A DNA stretch of 55,107 nucleotides, the filler included, from Catajapyx aquilonaris (Eukaryota), in NCBI GenBank assembly GCA_000934665.2. It is 3 parts of 3 records of this genome, joined end to end, with 100 filler letters (N's around TTAATTAATTAA, not from the genome) between each part and the next. Parts side by side here need not be neighbours in the genome. Positions count along the whole stretch, not along the records: positions 36,821 to 55,107 come from JYFJ02006731.1; 2 more parts are not named here. The stretch is one strand, 5' to 3'. Below are positions 49,782 to 55,107 of this stretch, one piece after another; within the stretch, counting starts at the first letter, position 1; every line of letters starts with the position of its first letter. Both the position numbers and the translations under genes were made by a program. Under the pieces are notes generated by a model. The model worked only from the letters and a program-made list of their open reading frames with translations. It had not been told where the DNA came from and ran no database searches.

Positions 49782-49812
49782 CTAGCAGGATACCCGGCGT
49801 TGCTCGGGTTAT
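49782..49812 (-). mobile_element. Helitron-like 3' terminus
   Basis: Minus strand AACCCGAGCAACGCCGGG hairpin, then TATCCTG, CTAG and T. Confidence 0.6.
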
Positions 49813-50459
49813 GAAAAACTTTTCCATAGGAGTGACTCATTGATTTAGAAGTAACCTTTGAAGTAATTATGGCTATACAAATACAATGTTGGCATACCAG
49901 TAACATGGAGCATATTGCATGTGCATGAAGTCCAAACAACACACTGCGGATGTCAGATTGTAAGAAAATACACAATACACCTCCAAAATCCAGCAAAAGT
50001 ATGTAATGAAAAATTGAAGGTTGTGCAGTAAATGTAGAAGTAAATGTAGAATGTATAGAAGCTCCAGCATGGCAGAGCTTACAATCTGACATCCATTGTG
50101 TGTTTCTTGGACTTGATTCACATGCAATATTTGGTATAGCCAATTACGTTCATAATTGCATAGATGAACCGTGTTGTCTCGAAGCTTCAACACAATATCC
50201 CTCTTATTACCATGCTCCTGACCACTCATGATGACAGCAATCTCATTGCAAGAAGGTTGATTGAATCGACCACGATGCTCGCCCTGTGGTCGCTTGTCTG
50301 TATATCTATGACCAAGTCAAATTCGAGAGGAGGAGGACTCTCAAGTGCAAGCTTGAAGCTTTTGACGTAAGTGTGAGTGGAATGGATCATCTCCTGAAGT
50401 TGCAGTGTGATGTGGAGGCGTGTGCCGTTTAAGTAGGTGCAACGGTATTCCGCCTGCTG

Positions 50460-50790
50460 TTGCATGTTCCCCACGAAGTAAAGTTGCAGAAACCGTGAAA
50501 GGCCTCAGGTTCAAACCCCGCCTGGGGAGTTCCCTTTCACCTGCGTCAGGAGGGTCTCTGACCTGCACCTTGGAGGTGTCTGGCAACCTAACCTCCTGGG
50601 GAACAGCACATGACCCAAAGCAAAGGCATTGCATTTGCACCCATGTTCCCTCCCCAAAAATCTCTATCCTTTCCCAATGTCCCAGTTTCCTTGCACTGGA
50701 GAATGAAGTTGAAAAATATATAGAAAACTGATGGTGGTGTGCCACCTCCCTATAGATCCCGTAAGGGACATCATGGGGTAAACAACAACA
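50460..50790 (+). mobile_element. tRNA-derived SINE, family A (degenerate head)
   Basis: GGTTCAAACCCC B box and family-A body (GGGAGTTCCCTTTCACCTGCGTCAGGAGGGT). Confidence 0.75.
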
Positions 50791-51100
50791 AAAAATTAAC
50801 ACAACTCTGTACTATGAGAAACTCCCAAGGGTCCAAACTTTATGAGACACCCTGTACTCAGGGCGTTTCTTTACATGAAAGCAGCCGTGTCACCTTGGCA
50901 TGTTCGACTCAGCTTGGCTCCCGCCCAGTGGATTGTGGGGTTGTCATGAGAGTTTAGTCACCATCCAAGAGATGGCAGGAGTATAGTGAACCTCATATGG
51001 ACCTGCAAAGTGCGAAATTCTCAATGCACATTTTAGCGCACCAAATTTAAAAATCTGCAGATCCTCATAATTATGATGCTCATTGCCCTCAACCGGTTAA

Positions 51101-51388
51101 CCCTGGAATCGTGCCGTGCCTACAAGTATTACGGCAACAGTGCCGTGGGGTCTTTTCAGACCCCACCACATTTTAATTATTATTAATTATTATATAATAC
51201 TTTTCAATGTAAGTTATATTGACTATATACAATCATTCTTTGAACAATGTCTAAAAGGATCGCTAATTCAAAATAAACCTGCACTTTCTGTTATATACTG
51301 TAAAAAATGGCAAAAGTTCATTGTAATGATCATTTTAATGCATTTTTTTCCTTGGGGTCCAAAAAGATCCCACGGCACGGTTCCAGGG
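51101..51388. mobile_element. piggyBac-type MITE
   Basis: TTAA|CCCTGGAATCGTGCCGTG ... CACGGCACGGTTCCAGGG|TTAA. Confidence 0.85.
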
Positions 51389-51929
51389 TTAAGAAGTGTT
51401 TGCACCTGATGGCCACATGATTATTTCAAGTGCAAGTCAGCCTGCGTTAGCATTGCAAATTCTGTATGTACAATAATGCCCAATAAAAGAGGTTCTGAAC
51501 GGCACAAGGAAACTGGAAATAGTCTTTGTGGATATCTGTGGGATATCCACAGAACATCAAATTATCCAAAATATCCACACTTGATCCCCATGGACGTCTC
51601 TGGGATATTTCCTGGATACTCATGCTACCTGGGCGCTATTTGTTTGCTACATATCAACTACATAATTATATAGGCTACAGTTGCAATCCAAAAAAGGGGG
51701 TGGGGAGGGGGGGGGTAAATTCTTCAATGCTCTGTTTTACAGGCAAATTGCAATATGCACATTAAATTATGAAATTAATTACAAAGCAGGATTGGATTAA
51801 TTACTTGTTGAGGATTTACCACTGTATGCAACCCAAGCCCGTATTGAATCAGGAAGCAGGTGTAATAAAATCTTGCATTGCATCAGAGGAAATGTCACCC
51901 TGATAATAATTGAATCTGGAGGTGAAAAT

Positions 51930-52020
51930 GAGGGGGCGCATGCGTCCCTATCTCCTGTGGCCGTGGCCCATCATCCGCCATCACATCTGGTGACGTCACT
52001 TGTTGCTCTCTTCCGGGTGT
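51930..52020 (+). promoter_or_regulatory. Promoter-like motif cluster
   Basis: GCGCATGCGT (NRF1-like) at 51936, CCGCCATC (YY1-like) at 51975, TGACGTCA (CRE) at 51991, CTTCCGGG (ETS-like) at 52010, all in a GC-rich island. Confidence 0.5.
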
Positions 52021-52196
52021 GGGCTGTGGGATACGTGACTCCGTCCAGGTGCCGGCTTTCTTACTTCCTTCCACCACCTTCCTGCCTTCATAGTTCATAC
52101 CCGTCGGAACACCTTACCCAAGGTCGTGTAGGGGGAACGGCAACACCACAGGGCAACACCGGTCGTGGGAGCGCTTCAGGAACTACGGCAAATTTC

Positions 52197-52332
52197 ATGA
52201 GAATAAGCCTGTTGGGAGCTGAGGGACTGAGGATTTGCCGGGTGTTGACTTGGGTCAAGGGGACCACCGTGAAAAGCTACTCGAACTCCGCACCGAAAGG
52301 ACAGTATTTCCGGGCCTACTTCTACGAATCAG
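52197..52332 (+). CDS. Putative first coding exon of an unidentified gene
   Basis: ATG downstream of the promoter-like cluster; MRISLLGAEGLRICRVLTWVKGTTVKSYSNSAPKGQYFRAYFYES followed by CAG|GTCGGT donor. No downstream exon confirmed. Confidence 0.35.
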
Positions 52333-55107
52333 GTCGGTTTTAAATTAGGGTAGGTATAGACTGAATAGTTCATATAAGCTTAGTTGGTGCAATCGGAGAA
52401 GGATGTTACAAGCCGTTCATTGTTAGATGCAGTGTTGGCGTTTGGATGCCAGTGCCATTTTTTATGACAGAAAATAATGTACAATTGGCAATTACAAAAT
52501 TATGGTTTCTTATTCTAGCACTTTGTGACCGTTTTAAGTGACCATTTTAAAAGATTAAAAATTACAACTGAGTTTTCCCTTCCTCGTCTAATATTAGGAA
52601 CTAATTACACTAAGATAATAATATCGCAGTATGCAGCAAAATCAGTATTGTTGAACATTCTGTTGATCAATCTACCTTTAGTTCCGGCAGTTGTCTCACT
52701 GCCAGAAAACATTCAGTTGGAGAAGTTCCAGAAAAGTTGATTATTCATTGTTGTCAGCAATGCTAACAGCAGAGAGTAATATACCTTTGTGGCTTCTCCA
52801 ACTGGAAAATTGTGTCTGGCTGCTGTGCAACCTGGCAGCAGAATAAGTCTTAGGTTAGATCTTGAATTGAGCTTTTTAAATTATTTTCACCATTCTCGTC
52901 ACTTCGTTTCTGTTCATTACTTCCGCAACTCTCCAGCAACTGATTTTGCATACTTGATATTTGTCAACAGGGAATAAAACTTTCTGACTTTTTTACAACC
53001 AAAAAATGTATGGTTTCTGTCCAACCAGATCTTATGGGTGGAAAAGGCTGACTTATGTTTTCCTGCTGAATGTTGGTATGGAGAGTTATGCACCTGTTTT
53101 GGCGTAGGTTAGAACCTTATTAACCTGCGTTTACGTGTGAGCAATTCAATCAGCAATGAGCATCGCTGAGAAACCAATTGTTTGGGACAAAAGTAACAAT
53201 TGCGTTTCCCTCTCAAGTAATTGATTTTGTAACTGCACATCTCTGCTCAAATTGCTCACATATGAACATCGCCTTACACATACTTTTATGATAAACATGG
53301 ATGCTTGACGAGGTGGATAGCTGGACCCACCTGGAAGAGGATCTCAAATTAAGAGACTAGTTTGGGCCATCAGAATGTATGCTTACTCTATGCGAAAGTG
53401 TGTTCACGTTTTAGAAGCTGCAGATGGATTTGGGCCAAATAGATTGTGTCGAGTCTAAAATAGCAATAAGAGATAGGTTTTTCATTCTGCACAAACTGTT
53501 TCCCACATTTCAACAAAGGCCTCTACTTCACGGATGTACTTGCCCAACACCAGGGAAGTTCGCCTAGCACGAAAATTACCTGCATGTCAATGTTACAAAT
53601 ACAAATTACTTGAGAATGAATTATGTTTTAATCGCACAACTTATATGCTAATGAGCCTCGTGTAAGAGCAGTGTTGGGGCGAGATATCAATGCATTTGTC
53701 AGTGGAACAAGAAGAATAGGACAGTATTTATTTAGCACGCCAGGGGCAATGGAGTTCGCCCAGAGCGCTAAACGCGCCACAAAGTTCGCCCACTCTTAAA
53801 TACAGACTTTTACGGTTGTGCCAGATGAAAATAAAGTGCAGGTCTTTTGCCCTGCACCATAATGCCATTACTCATTGCACTCGGTGTCTGAAAATAACAA
53901 TCACAGGAGGTGGTAAGCCCATTCCTCCAGAGGTACACAAGGTGAAATGGAAGAGCTCTGATGAAGGAAAGTCTGCTTATGTGGTTGCTCAAGAAGGGCA
54001 TGTGCCATGCTCAATGGCTAGGGGCATCGCATGAAGTAACAAAACTACAAGAATCATTCAGAAAAACCTTATTATGGACGTCACCAGGCAACAGCAGCAA
54101 GGAAAAACTGAGAGATGAGAAAAATGTGTTGCAATATCGGCGAAAGGAGCAACGACCATCAATTTCAAAATGGTCAGATGTGACCCAAAAGGTGGTCCAC
54201 ACAACAACCTGTCGACTCTGCATCCATGACATGAAGTTGAACTTTTATGTGCAACTTCTTAAAGACTAACGGGGAATTCATGAAATCAGGACCTGCCCTC
54301 TTGACAATAGGCCAAGAAGAAACCACCCTTAATAGCCCAGGCAACGAAGACCAAATAACGCTGATTAGAAAAAATAAATGGTGTAGTTTTGAAATTTGGC
54401 ACAATTGTGGGGGGGAGTGTCCTAAACGACATACTAAAAGTCCCCACCGGTGGGGGGTGAGCGGGGGGTAGGGGGGGCATTTAAAGGTTGTTTTTTTAGG
54501 TTTTTCTTGAATATCTCAAAACGTAAGGGTTCTAGCAACAAACACCTTATGTACGAAATTAAACTACATGTAATGCTCTACAAGACCGCCCTCTACATGT
54601 TTTCTGTAGGACCAATAGTTTGGAAGATAGAGGGGGATGAAAAAGTGCATATTTCGAAAAAGTGGTTGAAAATATTAGTTTTACTTTTTAAAAAGGAGGC
54701 TATTAACTAGAATATTATACCCATAACACATAATCCCCATATATATAAAGCTCAATATTTGTACGTATATTTATTTATTTATTTATCACGCCTAATTAAG
54801 CCACTTCCCGGGTACGGAGAGCGCTCAAATTTCGCAGAGCCATGTCTTACATATCACTGACCCCGAGAAAAGTCCCAAACCAGAATTTTTTAGAGTCTAA
54901 GGGGGGTTTTCAGCAGATTAAGCAATTGCCTAGCAACCCTGGCTGTCAACAAGCCCAAAGGATGGATCTGCCTCTCTCTCACTCATGTTCTACAATAATC
55001 AACATTGCACATTCAACAATGAAAACAATAGAACAACGGGCAGGTTGGCAAGAATAATAATTGCAGTACACGTAGCTTGACACGTAGGGTATCGTAACAA
55101 TTAACGG

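Noticed and set aside
53810..54471. Overlapping short ORFs near the right end
   Set aside because: No recognisable domain and no phase-compatible link to the 52197 exon.

Overview
Eukaryotic, arthropod-like, AT-rich and transposon-dense genomic DNA. It consists of three contigs joined by artificial N44-TTAATTAATTAA-N44 linkers (18285-18384, 36721-36820). Spliced genes reconstructed by hand: NOP53/GLTSCR2 (minus, five 3' exons, 6964-16741), one kinesin-8 (KIF18-like) neck exon (minus, 30805-31026), an MFSD6-like MFS transporter (minus, 38196-42441) head-to-head with a complete six-exon parvin gene (plus, 45044-48751), the 3' exons of an unidentified gene at the left edge and a probable first exon near 52.2 kb. 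The rest is mostly mobile DNA: a Helitron remnant apparently carrying an LRR gene, three tRNA-derived SINE families, mariner remnants, hAT, piggyBac, Tigger-like and Tc1-like MITEs, and many long foldback palindromes. The most striking structure is a nested set: a SINE split at a TA by an 8.9-kb Tc1-like TIR-bounded insertion, which contains an 8-kb hAT-type element with GAATT subterminal arrays. All homology calls come from recognising motifs; no searches were run, and repeat boundaries without a TSD are approximate.
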